This document shows positions 1 to 12,529 of a DNA stretch of 64,000 nt, piece after piece. The notes under the pieces are model-generated. The model ran no database searches and was not told the origin of the DNA. It was given only the letters and a program-made list of their open reading frames with translations. The position numbers and the translations under genes are program-made. The stretch comes from a virus. Taxonomy: Duplodnaviria; Caudoviricetes. The DNA is taken from IMG/VR virus record IMGVR_UViG_2974770163_000001, positions 1 through 64,000 of that record. One strand, given 5' to 3'. Position 1 is the stretch's first letter; each line of letters begins with the position of its first letter.

Positions 1-867
1 CACGGATTATTATGTAGTCCATCAGTAACTAATGGAGTTGACTGGAACTATTTTGATAACGTATTCTTATTGACTTTAACGCCTAATCAAGCCCCAAATA
101 TGCGATTCCAAGCATTACGACGAGATCGTGGAGCACAGACTTTCTATTTTTACACAGACAAAACTACAAGTGGTTTTGATGCTGGATCAAGTCAATATAA
201 CGCAGACGAGGGGTGGCTAGATGCTAGTCAACAATCTTACGCAAGACGTAGGGAGACTGAGAGTCGAAACTATGCTTCAACCTTAAGATACTATTTGCTA
301 GACCAAGGCGCTACTATTGATATCTTTACAGAAAGTTGGGGTAAAATGGAATCGGCTGCTGATGTCTATAAAGAAGAGCGTGTAAACGCAATTCTATCTT
401 CTTTACCAGATTATACTCCTTTACGTCATAACGATGCTTATGATGCAAAACTATTATTAATGTCATATTATCATATTGATAAGTTGTCAGAGGTAACTAG
501 GGAGTTAGTAGAGTCATTTGTTGAACAGAAGCCAAATGAGAGAGCTGAGTTCTTCCACAAGGTGGTGGACTTGCTTTGGCCTGCCATCAAGAAATGTACT
601 AGCGTATCAGTAACTCCATTAGCCGAAGCACTAAAGAAACATAAACGAGAGTTCTTTCTATTAACAGGTCAGTCAGCTCAAGCCAAGTATACTCGTAAGT
701 ACCTTGGTATGATGGGTATTGGTAAAGATCTTGATCTTGAGAATATCAAAGACTGGTATAGAACCTATTGTAAAATAGAGGGAATACAGTTGCACCCTGA
801 CTTTATGACTGACAAAGAGCGTTCTCTATATGAGGAAGCTAGTATGGATTTGAGGTTTGATGACTAG
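1..867 (+). CDS. obp: Replication origin-binding protein (SF2 helicase-like), C-terminal part; begins upstream of the window
   Basis: The frame is open from base 1 (HGLLCSPSVTNGVDWNYFD...QAPNMRFQALRRDR, resembling helicase motifs V/VI). It lies upstream of D2, as in T5-like phages. Confidence 0.7.
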   Translation, partial: HGLLCSPSVTNGVDWNYFDNVFLLTLTPNQAPNMRFQALRRDRGAQTFYFYTDKTTSGFDAGSSQYNADEGWLDASQQSYARRRETESRNYASTLRYYLLDQGATIDIFTESWGKMESAADVYKEERVNAILSSLPDYTPLRHNDAYDAKLLLMSYYHIDKLSEVTRELVESFVEQKPNERAEFFHKVVDLLWPAIKKCTSVSVTPLAEALKKHKREFFLLTGQSAQAKYTRKYLGMMGIGKDLDLENIKDWYRTYCKIEGIQLHPDFMTDKERSLYEEASMDLRFDD

Positions 868-1102
868 TAAATGGGATTTGCAGCCTAGATTTAGGCAGAA
901 ACCAGTCAAAGCCAAACCTACCAAACCTAAGGGGGATCTCTGTAGGGTTCTCCCTCCACGGTTGGCAAGGACTCCGGGCATCTATGAATTCTTGATTTCT
1001 AAGATAGACAGTGCCAGACTGGAAAGGTACCATCTTGTTATGGCGTATCGTCGCAAGTGTTCTGAGATAGCTGACCTCTTATTAAATGAAAAATTTGATT
1101 GA
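860..1102 (+). CDS. Hypothetical protein
   Basis: ORF overlapping the obp stop, with GAGG upstream. Confidence 0.6.
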   Translation: MTSKWDLQPRFRQKPVKAKPTKPKGDLCRVLPPRLARTPGIYEFLISKIDSARLERYHLVMAYRRKCSEIADLLLNEKFD

Positions 1103-1127
1103 TTAAATCATAAAATTATTATATAAT
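1099..1127 (+). promoter_or_regulatory. sigma70 early promoter
   Basis: TTGATT-17-TATAAT in AT-rich context. Confidence 0.7.
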
Positions 1128-1157
1128 AGATTTATAAATTTGATAAGAGGAATTAGT

Positions 1158-1418
1158 ATGAGCAAAAGAAGAATTGATGGTGGAATAACTTTACATCCTA
1201 GAGCTAAGGCTACTTTTAGAGAGATATTAGTATATGAATTTATGCTATATCATGGGTGGACTTACGGCATATTAGGTCTTAATATAGATAAAGATGAGGA
1301 TTACGCTTATAGCCTTGTAAATGGAGAAATTTCTCCTACTGAAGAAGATAAGGCAAAATTAGCTAAGTTCATGAAAGTAAGTGTAACTTTTATTAATAGA
1401 CTACTGGAAAATAACTAG
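1158..1418 (+). CDS. Xre-type HTH protein resembling HigA antitoxin
   Basis: GAGG RBS. LHP...EIL..EFM...G.T...L......LVNGEISPT......LAKFM.VS..F..L follows the HigA/VapI pattern. Confidence 0.55.
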   Translation: MSKRRIDGGITLHPRAKATFREILVYEFMLYHGWTYGILGLNIDKDEDYAYSLVNGEISPTEEDKAKLAKFMKVSVTFINRLLENN

Positions 1419-1428
1419 GAGTTTAATT

Positions 1429-2148
1429 ATGGCAGGCGGAAAACGCAGACGTGTTGCTGCTCATGACATACCTGATGCTTTATTTGTTGAAGCAAAAGAG
1501 TGGCTTGAGAAAGGCGGCACAAAGAAAGGTGCATGTGACATCCTAAGTAAGAGTGGTGTCAACGTAGGCTCTAACAAGAAAATGGAAGAGCTAATCCAAG
1601 AATGGGAAGACCGTAAAGTTTATGACGCAGAAATGCGTAAGCGTAAACGCGGTACGAATATTGAGGGTATTGAAGCAGCTTCTATCATTGAAGACTACTT
1701 TGCAGGAATCAGTATTGCAGACATAGCAGATCAGAACCATCGCTCTCAGATGAAAATTAAGTCATTCCTAGAAGAGAATGGGGCGTTGCTACGTGCTACA
1801 GAGCCAGAAGACCCCAACCGTCCGTGGGAACTTTTCCCACCATTGCTAGATGAAAGTACGTTTAGTGAAGAGTATGCAATTGGGGATATAGTTTGGGTTG
1901 CAGGTCGTCAGTGCTTTGGAGAAGTGACCCATAAATTATCCGATGATGTATATCGTGTTTGGTTATTAAGTGGTAAACAGATGTATATCCCTGTCGAAGT
2001 TTGGAACTTGGCAAATGTAGAACGATTTAAAGAATTCGGAGTTGACCCGAAACGTTTTGGAGAAAGATGGTCACGAGATGATGTAGTTGTCACATTAAAC
2101 GAAGCCCTCAAGAAAGCCAAATTAAATGCGGCTAAGGAAGCAAAATAA
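1429..2148 (+). CDS. D2: T5 D2-like protein
   Basis: Recalled similarity (WLEKGGTKKGAC, RGTNIEGIE, YRVWLLS) and synteny. Confidence 0.85.
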   Translation: MAGGKRRRVAAHDIPDALFVEAKEWLEKGGTKKGACDILSKSGVNVGSNKKMEELIQEWEDRKVYDAEMRKRKRGTNIEGIEAASIIEDYFAGISIADIADQNHRSQMKIKSFLEENGALLRATEPEDPNRPWELFPPLLDESTFSEEYAIGDIVWVAGRQCFGEVTHKLSDDVYRVWLLSGKQMYIPVEVWNLANVERFKEFGVDPKRFGERWSRDDVVVTLNEALKKAKLNAAKEAK

Positions 2149-2402
2149 TGGTAAAACTGACCTTAGCAGAGATCTTTTCTAGATCTCTGTTAACCTCGCG
2201 TGTAGAATTTGCACGAAAAGAAGATAATATGGATTCTGGGCTTGAGGTATTTTATGCCATCTCATCCCAGGATCGAGAAATGAAGAACGTTATAGAGGTA
2301 AATATACTCGATACTGCAACAGGGGAGACCAAAGTAGAGCATAAGTCTCTGGGGGAATTCATACAACGCTACGGCATGCAGAGTCGTTGGTATTTACTCT
2401 AA
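2148..2402 (+). CDS. Hypothetical protein
   Basis: Coupled to the D2 stop (TAATG). Confidence 0.65.
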   Translation: MVKLTLAEIFSRSLLTSRVEFARKEDNMDSGLEVFYAISSQDREMKNVIEVNILDTATGETKVEHKSLGEFIQRYGMQSRWYLL

Positions 2403-2410
2403 AAATTCAC

Positions 2411-2439
2411 TTGCTTAGTATTAGTAAAATTGTTATAAT
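2411..2439 (+). promoter_or_regulatory. sigma70 early promoter
   Basis: TTGCTT-17-TATAAT. Confidence 0.75.
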
Positions 2440-2478
2440 ACTTATATAAATTAATCAACAACAAAAGGAAATAAATTT

Positions 2479-2877
2479 ATGTCAGAACTAGATAAAGTTG
2501 CACTTGCCGATCGTTACGTAGAAGTTATCTCTGCTTACCCAGAGGATGAACGTCCCTCAATTACAACTGAAGTTGTTAAGCAAGTTGCAGAAGAATTTGG
2601 TATACCTGCCAACTCAGCACGACTCCACATCAGCCGGGACCCGCGTGGCGTTTACATCAAGAAAGATTCTGCCAAGAAATCAGCGTCTGCTGACGGCGAG
2701 AAGAAAACTGGTGGTACTCGTACCTCTAAAGCAGCAGCCCAGGCTGAATTAAAAGCAGCTCTATTAGATGCTGGTGCAGCTGAAGACAAAGTAGCTGAAG
2801 GCGAAGAAATCATTGAGAAAATGACAGGTAAAGCTGCTTTATTCTTAGCTGAATTAATTCGTTCAATCACTAAGTAA
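2479..2877 (+). CDS. D3: T5 D3-like DNA-binding protein
   Basis: PEDERP, GGTRTSKA and C-terminal KMTGKAA..LAE.IRSITK match recalled D3. Confidence 0.85.
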   Translation: MSELDKVALADRYVEVISAYPEDERPSITTEVVKQVAEEFGIPANSARLHISRDPRGVYIKKDSAKKSASADGEKKTGGTRTSKAAAQAELKAALLDAGAAEDKVAEGEEIIEKMTGKAALFLAELIRSITK

Positions 2878-2889
2878 GAAGGAGCTGTT

Positions 2890-3219
2890 ATGACTAAGCG
2901 TTTTAGTGCAAACTTAAGTACACCTGTTAAAAAGGTCGAAGTTATTGCAGCGTGTGACGAATACGGTGAAGTGTTTATTCACTATCGCAAACAATCACGT
3001 AAGCCTGGTGAACCTTGGTCAACACAACTCCAAGGCACTATGGATTTTTCTGATAAGTACCTAGCTAAAAGATTCGAACAAGAACAGCCAGCACCAGCGG
3101 GTGAGGGTGAAATCTTGGTGTTTAGCAGAACCAATGATCGCTTCCGCTATCTGCCAGTGGATACAATCTTTAAGATTGAGCATCTTGGAACAGTAGTTAA
3201 TAAGGCTCGTGTCCTCTAA
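2890..3219 (+). CDS. Conserved T5-like hypothetical protein
   Basis: AAGGAG RBS; syntenic position after D3. Confidence 0.7.
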   Translation: MTKRFSANLSTPVKKVEVIAACDEYGEVFIHYRKQSRKPGEPWSTQLQGTMDFSDKYLAKRFEQEQPAPAGEGEILVFSRTNDRFRYLPVDTIFKIEHLGTVVNKARVL

Positions 3220-3553
3220 CATAGTTGAAGACGAGGGGATTGTTCGTCAGGAGAATGAAATGTATCCTGACGAATTTTCTGTCCCTTTGTGGGTTAAAAA
3301 TGGGGAAGAAGTCCATTTCACAATCTCTGAATTTCGAGGCAACCTATATATGGGTATACGCCTATGGCTACAAGATGCCACTGACGAGAGTTGGTTCCCA
3401 ACACGTGCCGGATTTTCTATCCCTTTTAACATAGACACGTCTGCTAGACTATTCAAGGCACTTGCTCGAACATTGAGTAAGGCAGAAGTCCTTGATGAAG
3501 TCATACAGCATACTCAAAACTGTGATACGCTTTCAGCGTTAGATAAACTATAA
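3209..3553 (+). CDS. PC4/p15-like ssDNA-binding protein
   Basis: TISEFRGNLYMGIR.W...WFPTRAGFSI is the PC4-fold signature. Confidence 0.8.
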   Translation: MSSNIVEDEGIVRQENEMYPDEFSVPLWVKNGEEVHFTISEFRGNLYMGIRLWLQDATDESWFPTRAGFSIPFNIDTSARLFKALARTLSKAEVLDEVIQHTQNCDTLSALDKL

Positions 3554-3580
3554 CCGTGCTTTTCAGTGCGGTTTTTATTT
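3552..3580 (+). terminator. Rho-independent terminator
   Basis: AACCGTGCT-TTTC-AGTGCGGTT followed by a T-run. Confidence 0.65.
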
Positions 3581-3582
3581 AC

Positions 3583-3611
3583 TTGCATTTTGCTTAAATT
3601 TTTGATATAAT
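3583..3611 (+). promoter_or_regulatory. sigma70 early promoter
   Basis: TTGCAT-17-TATAAT. Confidence 0.7.
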
Positions 3612-3651
3612 ATTTATATTGAATAGGTAATATATCAAAGGGGATTAATAA

Positions 3652-5093
<1,442 letters not shown>

Positions 5094-5131
5094 TTGATCG
5101 GGGTGTTTCCACCTCGATTTTCAAACTCTAC

Positions 5132-6035
<904 letters not shown>

Positions 6036-6037
6036 AT

Positions 6038-6826
6038 ATGAGTACTATCAAATTAGCGTGGAACGAAGAAACTACTAATGCTTTACGTGCAAAAGCTGAA
6101 TCATTCGGTGGAGACGTAATTACCCAAGAACAAGTTGCACAGATCGCTGTTGAACTTGGTAATGAGTTCTCGGATGAAAAAGCAACTCGTACTGCAACTG
6201 CTCGTTCAGTAGGCTCTAAACTCCGTAAAGAAGGTTTTGCGGTTCAACGTGCGGATGAAGTCGAAAAAGCATCTGCTTGGTCTGAAGACGAAACTGCTGA
6301 GCTAGAAGCATTCTTGAAAGCTTACGAGGGTGAGAAAACTTATGCTGAAATTGCTGCGGCGGTATGTGGTGGTAAATTCACACGTGCTCAGGTTCAAGGT
6401 AAAGTTCTGCATCTTGAAATGACTGACAAAGTTAAGTTAACTCCGAAAGCTGCTGCTGTTCGTAAGTTTAGCCCTGAAGAAGAAAACAAGATCGTAAACA
6501 TGGTTGAAGCTGATGCATTCTTAGAAGACATCGCTGATGCGTTAGATCGTACTTCTCGCCAAATTCACGGTAAATGCTTAAGCTTACTGCGTGAAAACCG
6601 TATTGCTAAATTACCAGAGCAAAAAGTTCATAAAGAATCTGCACGTGCTGATGCATTGGCTGGTTTAGACGTAGCGTCTATGACTATCGCAGAAATCGCT
6701 GAAGCGACTGGTAAAAACGAAAAAGGCGTTAAATCAATGCTGACTCGTCGTGGTGTAGACTGTAAAGACTACAAAGGTGCTGCAAAACGCGCTAAATTAG
6801 ACGAAAAAGCTGCTAAAGCTGAGTAA
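6038..6826 (+). CDS. D5: T5 D5-like DNA-binding transcription regulator
   Basis: Repeated HTH units, RSVGSKLRKEG, LTRRGVDCKDY.GAAKRAKLD; synteny. Confidence 0.9.
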   Translation: MSTIKLAWNEETTNALRAKAESFGGDVITQEQVAQIAVELGNEFSDEKATRTATARSVGSKLRKEGFAVQRADEVEKASAWSEDETAELEAFLKAYEGEKTYAEIAAAVCGGKFTRAQVQGKVLHLEMTDKVKLTPKAAAVRKFSPEEENKIVNMVEADAFLEDIADALDRTSRQIHGKCLSLLRENRIAKLPEQKVHKESARADALAGLDVASMTIAEIAEATGKNEKGVKSMLTRRGVDCKDYKGAAKRAKLDEKAAKAE

Positions 6827-6865
6827 TCGTTAAGTTACAAATCTTTCACAAGATTACCAACCTTT

Positions 6866-6905
6866 AGGGGAGAGGGATTAATTTCCTCTCCCCTTTTCTG
6901 TTTTT
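6866..6905 (+). terminator. Rho-independent terminator
   Basis: AGGGGAGAGG...CCTCTCCCCT followed by TTT. Confidence 0.8.
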
Positions 6906-6939
6906 GGACAGCACGAAAGTGTAGTGAATGAGAGGAGTA

Positions 6940-8457
6940 ATGTTTAACGTTCAAGCGGTTGTATTAAAACAACTATTAACCACGGATGATGCTGTACAAG
7001 TTACATTCGCACTAGCACGTCTACGAAAAGAACACTTTACTGATGCTTTTTCCTCAATCTACGTGGCTATCCAGAACTACTATAAGACAAGTGGAAAGAT
7101 ACCTACACTAGACAACTTACGATTATCAGCTAACAGAAATGTTAGATTATCGCAAGCGTTAGCAGTTTTAGACATGCAAGAAATACCAGAGGTCGAAATT
7201 TCCGAATCCATCGACGTACTGGAAACTGAATTTGCTCAGGACTTGACATTAAAACTGTTAGAAAGTGAGGTGCTTAACGATCTATATGCACTAGACAAGG
7301 ATGCGCTAGTAGACAGACTTAATAGTCTTGCTATGCAAGTTGAGAATGAAGTCGGACAGAGTGGTGCAATTACTCAAGCATACGAAATCGAAATATTCAA
7401 AGAGAAAGGTGCTCCTAAGTTAGCAGTATCTCTAGGGATTAGTAATGAGTTCGAAATACATTCTGGCAGCTTACAGCGTACCGAAGTAATGTTTTTAGGT
7501 GGTTTTCGTGGTTCTGGTAAGTCTATTGTATGTTGTAACATGCAAGTGACCCAATATCAGCAGGGGAAAGTATCGCCATACTTCTCACTGGAGATGAAAG
7601 CACACGAGGTAATGGAGAGAAACCTAGCAATATTATCGGGAGTTTCAGCATCAAGCCTTAGACTTGGAAGATTAGCCCCTGAAGAAGTTCAGCAGCTATT
7701 GAAGACAAGAGCAAGCATGTTCCATGGTGGTCTTGACGAGTATCATAAATATGCAGCAAAATACACAATCAATGAGATGAGTGATGGATTCGAACTTGAG
7801 AAGCTACTAAGAACCGAGTTCGAGGAAATAACTCCAATGCCTATCATTCATGATCCTAAGTTGAGTATTGAACAACTGGGAGCAATAACTAGAGGATTAA
7901 TTAGTGTTCATGGTGAAGAGAATGTTGAGTTAGTAATTCTTGACTACTTAAACCAGGTTCGAGTTCATGGCACATCAGACATTCAGATGTATGATTGGAT
8001 TCCTCAGATGGTTGTTGCTAAGCAATTCAAGACAACGTGTGGTGAATTAAACGTTGCTGGTGTATCCCCTTACCAAATGGATAAACATGGTAATGCTCGT
8101 ATGTCACAAGGTATCCTAGATTCCTGTGATATGGCGTTGACCTTGAACCCTGCTAAGAAGCCTAAAGGTGCAGATGGTAAGAGAGACCCTATGGGTGCAA
8201 TTGTTTTTGAAACAACTAAAGTACGTAGCATGGATGATATGATTCTAGCTCCAGGTATTAGTTGGGAAACGTTGAGAATTGATCCAGCAGTTAACTACAC
8301 AAAAGAAGATTTATTAGTTAAGGGCTTAGAACTAGCGTTAGACTTTGACAAAAAGAGTGGTGACAAATCCGAAAGAAAAGGAAAGAAAGCCCCTCCTAAG
8401 AAAGACCTAGATCCTAACACAGCAGGAGGCCCACCAGCCGGAGCAACTGACCTATGA
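6940..8457 (+). CDS. D6: Replicative DNA helicase (DnaB-like, T5 D6)
   Basis: Walker A GGFRGSGKS, FSLEM, ILDYLNQ; ATG follows GAGGAG. Confidence 0.92.
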   Translation: MFNVQAVVLKQLLTTDDAVQVTFALARLRKEHFTDAFSSIYVAIQNYYKTSGKIPTLDNLRLSANRNVRLSQALAVLDMQEIPEVEISESIDVLETEFAQDLTLKLLESEVLNDLYALDKDALVDRLNSLAMQVENEVGQSGAITQAYEIEIFKEKGAPKLAVSLGISNEFEIHSGSLQRTEVMFLGGFRGSGKSIVCCNMQVTQYQQGKVSPYFSLEMKAHEVMERNLAILSGVSASSLRLGRLAPEEVQQLLKTRASMFHGGLDEYHKYAAKYTINEMSDGFELEKLLRTEFEEITPMPIIHDPKLSIEQLGAITRGLISVHGEENVELVILDYLNQVRVHGTSDIQMYDWIPQMVVAKQFKTTCGELNVAGVSPYQMDKHGNARMSQGILDSCDMALTLNPAKKPKGADGKRDPMGAIVFETTKVRSMDDMILAPGISWETLRIDPAVNYTKEDLLVKGLELALDFDKKSGDKSERKGKKAPPKKDLDPNTAGGPPAGATDL

Positions 8458-9332
8458 AAGTAGAAGATCTATTAACCGGTAAGGGAATTGAGTATACTAA
8501 CGCAGGTGGTGATTTACTTATCACCTGCCTTAATCCCCAACATATTGATGCATCACCGTCTTTACGTGTTGATCGTGAGACGGGGGTTATGCACTGTTTA
8601 GCCTGTGGATTCGGTAAAGGTATACCAAGTATTTTCCATTACTTTAATAAAGAATTGCCGCGATCTCACGGTCGTCTAGCTAAGATACGTGGAATGATAC
8701 GCGACTTTAACACCCTAAACCAAGATTTAGCAATACCAGAGAACTCTATCCCATTTAAGGATGATTACCGAGGAATCTCTGGAACCACATACGAGAAGTA
8801 TTTTGCATTTCAACAACAATCAGACTGGGAGAACAGAATAGTATTTCCAATTACCGATGCTATGGGTAAAAACAAAGCGTTTCTAGGAAGAACTCAGTTA
8901 GGTGATGCAAAGCCAAAATATCTCGTGCGCCCATCTAACATCCCACTCCCCCTGTTCCCTAGCCGTTACGGAGAGTCTGTCATAGTCCTCGTTGAGGGCT
9001 TGTTCGATATGCTCAACCTTGAAGATAAAGGTATGACTAATGTAGTCTGCTGTTTCGGTACACATCAGTTCTCGCCTAACAACATCAAGGAAAAATTCAC
9101 AGCATTAGAAGTATCTGGAGTTAATACGGTAGTAATATTATTTGACAACGATGACTCTGGAAATAAATCAGCGGACTTCCTATTTAAGTTGATCCGCGAT
9201 AAAACTGATATGACACCTATAGTTGGAAATTTCTTAGTTCCATCTTCTAAAGACCCAGGCGATCTAACTGCGGAAGAAGTTGAATCATTAAGCTGGAAAA
9301 TAAATAAACTACTTGCGGAAAAGTTCCAATAG
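8454..9332 (+). CDS. pri: DNA primase
   Basis: Zn-binding C..H.D..PS...C..C, Toprim VEGLFD and FDNDDSG, KDPG. Confidence 0.93.
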   Translation: MKVEDLLTGKGIEYTNAGGDLLITCLNPQHIDASPSLRVDRETGVMHCLACGFGKGIPSIFHYFNKELPRSHGRLAKIRGMIRDFNTLNQDLAIPENSIPFKDDYRGISGTTYEKYFAFQQQSDWENRIVFPITDAMGKNKAFLGRTQLGDAKPKYLVRPSNIPLPLFPSRYGESVIVLVEGLFDMLNLEDKGMTNVVCCFGTHQFSPNNIKEKFTALEVSGVNTVVILFDNDDSGNKSADFLFKLIRDKTDMTPIVGNFLVPSSKDPGDLTAEEVESLSWKINKLLAEKFQ

Positions 9333-9341
9333 TGATATAAT
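9313..9341 (+). promoter_or_regulatory. sigma70 early promoter for pol
   Basis: TTGCGG-17-TATAAT. Confidence 0.65.
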
Positions 9342-9404
9342 ATATTTTGTAAGTTGCAGAAGTAATATTTGAAATTATACTTACTTACCTAATAGGAGAA
9401 AACA

Positions 9405-12032
9405 TTGAGTTCACTAAAAATTGCGGTGGTCGATAAATCACCATCTAGAGCTAACTATCAGAAGTCCTTAAATTTATGGGACTATGATGTTGAAGTATTT
9501 CATATGGCTCATGAAAGTTTTACTGGTCGTATGCTTAAGAAGCATATCACAATCGGTACACCAGATAATCCATTTAATCCAGACGACTTTGATTATGTAA
9601 TTCTGGTAGGTGCAGAGCCGTTTAAACAATTCACAGGTAGAACTGGAGTTGTAGATTACACCGGTAAACTAACTGAGGGTCTAGATGGTAAACTAAAATA
9701 TTTAGTTTGTATTAATCCATCTCAAGTACACTTTAAGCCAGAAATGAAACCTGTTCTGGATAAAACTATAACTGACTTTGAACGTATCCTCAATGGTACG
9801 GCTAAGCCACCGAAGCCTGGTAATTATAAGCCAATACAAGATACTGATGAGGCATATGAGTATCTCTGTATGATTCGCTCTATGTTACCTGCTGCTGTAG
9901 TTGCATTTGACTCCGAAACATCGGGTCTATATGCTAGAGATTGTTATGTATTAGGTTTGTCAATCTCACATCAAGAATATCAAGGTGTATACATTGATGC
10001 AGATAATATTGATGAACGTTGTGTTTATGTTCTTCAAGAAATCTTAGATCAGAAAGATCGTCCAATCGTATTCCATAACTTGAAGTTCGATATTCATATG
10101 TATGAGTATCACTTTGGGTTTAATTTTGAAAAAGCATTTGCAGAAGATCGTATGCACGATACAATGCTAATGCACTATGTACTAGACGAACGTCGTGGTA
10201 CTCATGGTTTGAAATCTTTGGCTATGCAATTTACTGATATGGGTGACTATGACTTTGAACTCGATCAGTTCAAGAGTGAGTATTGCAGAGCACATGGTAT
10301 TAAGAAAGAAGATTTCACATATGACTTGATTCCATTCGAGATCATGTGGCCCTATGCTGCCAAAGATACTGATGCTACCATTCGTTTATTCAACTTCTTC
10401 TATCCGAAGATCCAAGCAAACGAAGCGTTTATGCGTTTATACCATGGTCTATTGATGCCTGGTTGTCGATTCTTGCAACGTGTTGAAGATCGTGGCGTAC
10501 CTATCAATAAAGATAGACTAGTAACAGCACAAGAACTACTAACTGATAAACTTAATGGCTTAACTCAAGAGTTGTACTCATTCCCTGAAGTTATGGAGTA
10601 CGAAGCAATCAAGGGGGCTAAATTCAACCCTAACTCCCCAGTTCAGTTACGTGAGTTATTATTTGATGTTCTAGGATTAGAACCTACAGGTAAGTTGACC
10701 GATACAGGTGCTATATCTACAGATGCTGAGTCTCTAGAGAAGATTTCCTCACAACACCCCGTAGCTAAGATCCTACTTAATATTCGTAAGACAACCAAAC
10801 TCTTGTCTACGTACATTGAGAAGCTATTAATCAGTATAGATACTGATGGCTGTGTAAGAACAGGATTTAACTTACACATGACAACATCGGGTCGATTAAG
10901 TTCTTCTGGTAAGTTAAACTTACAACAGTTACCTCGTGATGAGTCTATAATTAAAGCATGTATTACTGCTCCAGTTGGCTATAGGGTAGTTGCACATGAC
11001 TTAACAACTGCTGAGATTTACTATGCTGCCGTGTTATCTGGAGACAGAAACATGCAACAAGTGTTTATTAACATGCAGAATGACCCAGAACGTTATCCTG
11101 ACTTCCACGCCAACATTGCCCACATGGTATTTGGTCTGGATTGTGAACCTAACCAAGTTAAGAATTTGTATCCTGCATTACGCCAGGCTGCTAAAGCGAT
11201 TTCATTCGGTATCTTATATGGGTCAGGTCCAAGCAAGGTTGCCGAGTCTGTTAACATGGCATTGTTAGAGCAATCAATCAAAACTGGCGAACCGTACACA
11301 CCATGTACAAAAGATGATGCATTGGAGTATATTGAAACTTACTTCTCTAGCTTCCCACAATTACGCCGTTGGATTGAAGATTCTCACTCACAAATCGAAC
11401 AGTTCGGTTTCATCTATTCTCACTTTGGTCGTAAACGTCGTTTACCTAACGTGACTTCTGATGATAAAGGTGTTCGTGCCGGTGAAGTTCGTTCAGGATT
11501 TAACGCAATCATTCAGGGTGCGTCTTCTGATTCCCTGTTACTAGGGGCTATCGATGCAGATAACGAGATCGAAAAACTTGGATTATCTGATGAAATGAAA
11601 ATCATTATGCTAGTACACGACTCTGTAGTTGCTATTGTGCGTGAAGATCTTGTTGATCAATATAACGAGTTAATAGTTAGAAACATCCAGACAGACCGTG
11701 GTATTAGTATCAAAGGTTGCCCAATTGGAGTAGGTCAAGACTCTGAGGACGGTGGTTCTGTTGACTACTCTTGTGGTAAGGTTAAAGGTCAACACCCAAT
11801 GATCGCAGTGATTCAGGATGAAGAATATCTAAACAATCTTGTAAAAGAGATTGAAGCTGATATCGATCTTCAATACACTATGCACGTGTTGAAAGATAAA
11901 AAACATGCCGAGTATGACGAGATCAAGGCTGAACGTAAGTTGTTGTCTAAAGTAGCTCTAGACTGTGGAAATATTGAGGTTGAATTAAACTCAATTATTG
12001 AGAGCTTCTGCCCTCAAGTAGCGAGACTGTAG
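9405..12032 (+). CDS. pol: DNA polymerase, family A, with 3'-5' exonuclease
   Basis: Exo FDSETSG/HNLKFD/YAAKD; TTSGRLSS, NLQQLP, RQAAKAISFGILYG, VHDS. TTG start with AGGAG RBS. Confidence 0.97.
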   Translation: MSSLKIAVVDKSPSRANYQKSLNLWDYDVEVFHMAHESFTGRMLKKHITIGTPDNPFNPDDFDYVILVGAEPFKQFTGRTGVVDYTGKLTEGLDGKLKYLVCINPSQVHFKPEMKPVLDKTITDFERILNGTAKPPKPGNYKPIQDTDEAYEYLCMIRSMLPAAVVAFDSETSGLYARDCYVLGLSISHQEYQGVYIDADNIDERCVYVLQEILDQKDRPIVFHNLKFDIHMYEYHFGFNFEKAFAEDRMHDTMLMHYVLDERRGTHGLKSLAMQFTDMGDYDFELDQFKSEYCRAHGIKKEDFTYDLIPFEIMWPYAAKDTDATIRLFNFFYPKIQANEAFMRLYHGLLMPGCRFLQRVEDRGVPINKDRLVTAQELLTDKLNGLTQELYSFPEVMEYEAIKGAKFNPNSPVQLRELLFDVLGLEPTGKLTDTGAISTDAESLEKISSQHPVAKILLNIRKTTKLLSTYIEKLLISIDTDGCVRTGFNLHMTTSGRLSSSGKLNLQQLPRDESIIKACITAPVGYRVVAHDLTTAEIYYAAVLSGDRNMQQVFINMQNDPERYPDFHANIAHMVFGLDCEPNQVKNLYPALRQAAKAISFGILYGSGPSKVAESVNMALLEQSIKTGEPYTPCTKDDALEYIETYFSSFPQLRRWIEDSHSQIEQFGFIYSHFGRKRRLPNVTSDDKGVRAGEVRSGFNAIIQGASSDSLLLGAIDADNEIEKLGLSDEMKIIMLVHDSVVAIVREDLVDQYNELIVRNIQTDRGISIKGCPIGVGQDSEDGGSVDYSCGKVKGQHPMIAVIQDEEYLNNLVKEIEADIDLQYTMHVLKDKKHAEYDEIKAERKLLSKVALDCGNIEVELNSIIESFCPQVARL

Positions 12033-12034
12033 AA

Positions 12035-12529
12035 ATGATATTAGACCTACCTCTTTATGAGGTTAGGTCTTTCTTTCGTAAGTCCAAGGAAGGGAACTAC
12101 ACAGTTATTCAGACTCACTACACTAAGTACGTATTAGATGATGAGTCCTTACCTGGAAACTACTGGGAAAGACGACTAGCCTTACGATGCAATGAGAAAG
12201 CATTACCGTATAAGTTGTACCCACTTAAGAAGCGTATTAACTCGTTAAGCCAATTAGCTAGGTCTAAAGCAGAGTTTTACATTAACTCGCAAGGTAAACT
12301 AATACGCCATTCTAAAGAGAAGTTCTATAACATTGAGGTACATAAAGTTTTAAGTTCGGTGCAAATATATAATGGAAAGTGGCAGAACTATATAAGAGAA
12401 GCCCCATTTCCATTCATTACCGACAGCCCTGCTAGCTATCTTAGCGTTATCAAAGCTAGAGGCTCTTTCTGGTTGTTTGATGTTCATGACTTCGCACCAG
12501 AGGAACGCAGGTACAGGGTTAAATTATGA
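12035..12529 (+). CDS. Conserved T5-like hypothetical protein
   Basis: Syntenic between pol and D10. Confidence 0.75.
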   Translation: MILDLPLYEVRSFFRKSKEGNYTVIQTHYTKYVLDDESLPGNYWERRLALRCNEKALPYKLYPLKKRINSLSQLARSKAEFYINSQGKLIRHSKEKFYNIEVHKVLSSVQIYNGKWQNYIREAPFPFITDSPASYLSVIKARGSFWLFDVHDFAPEERRYRVKL

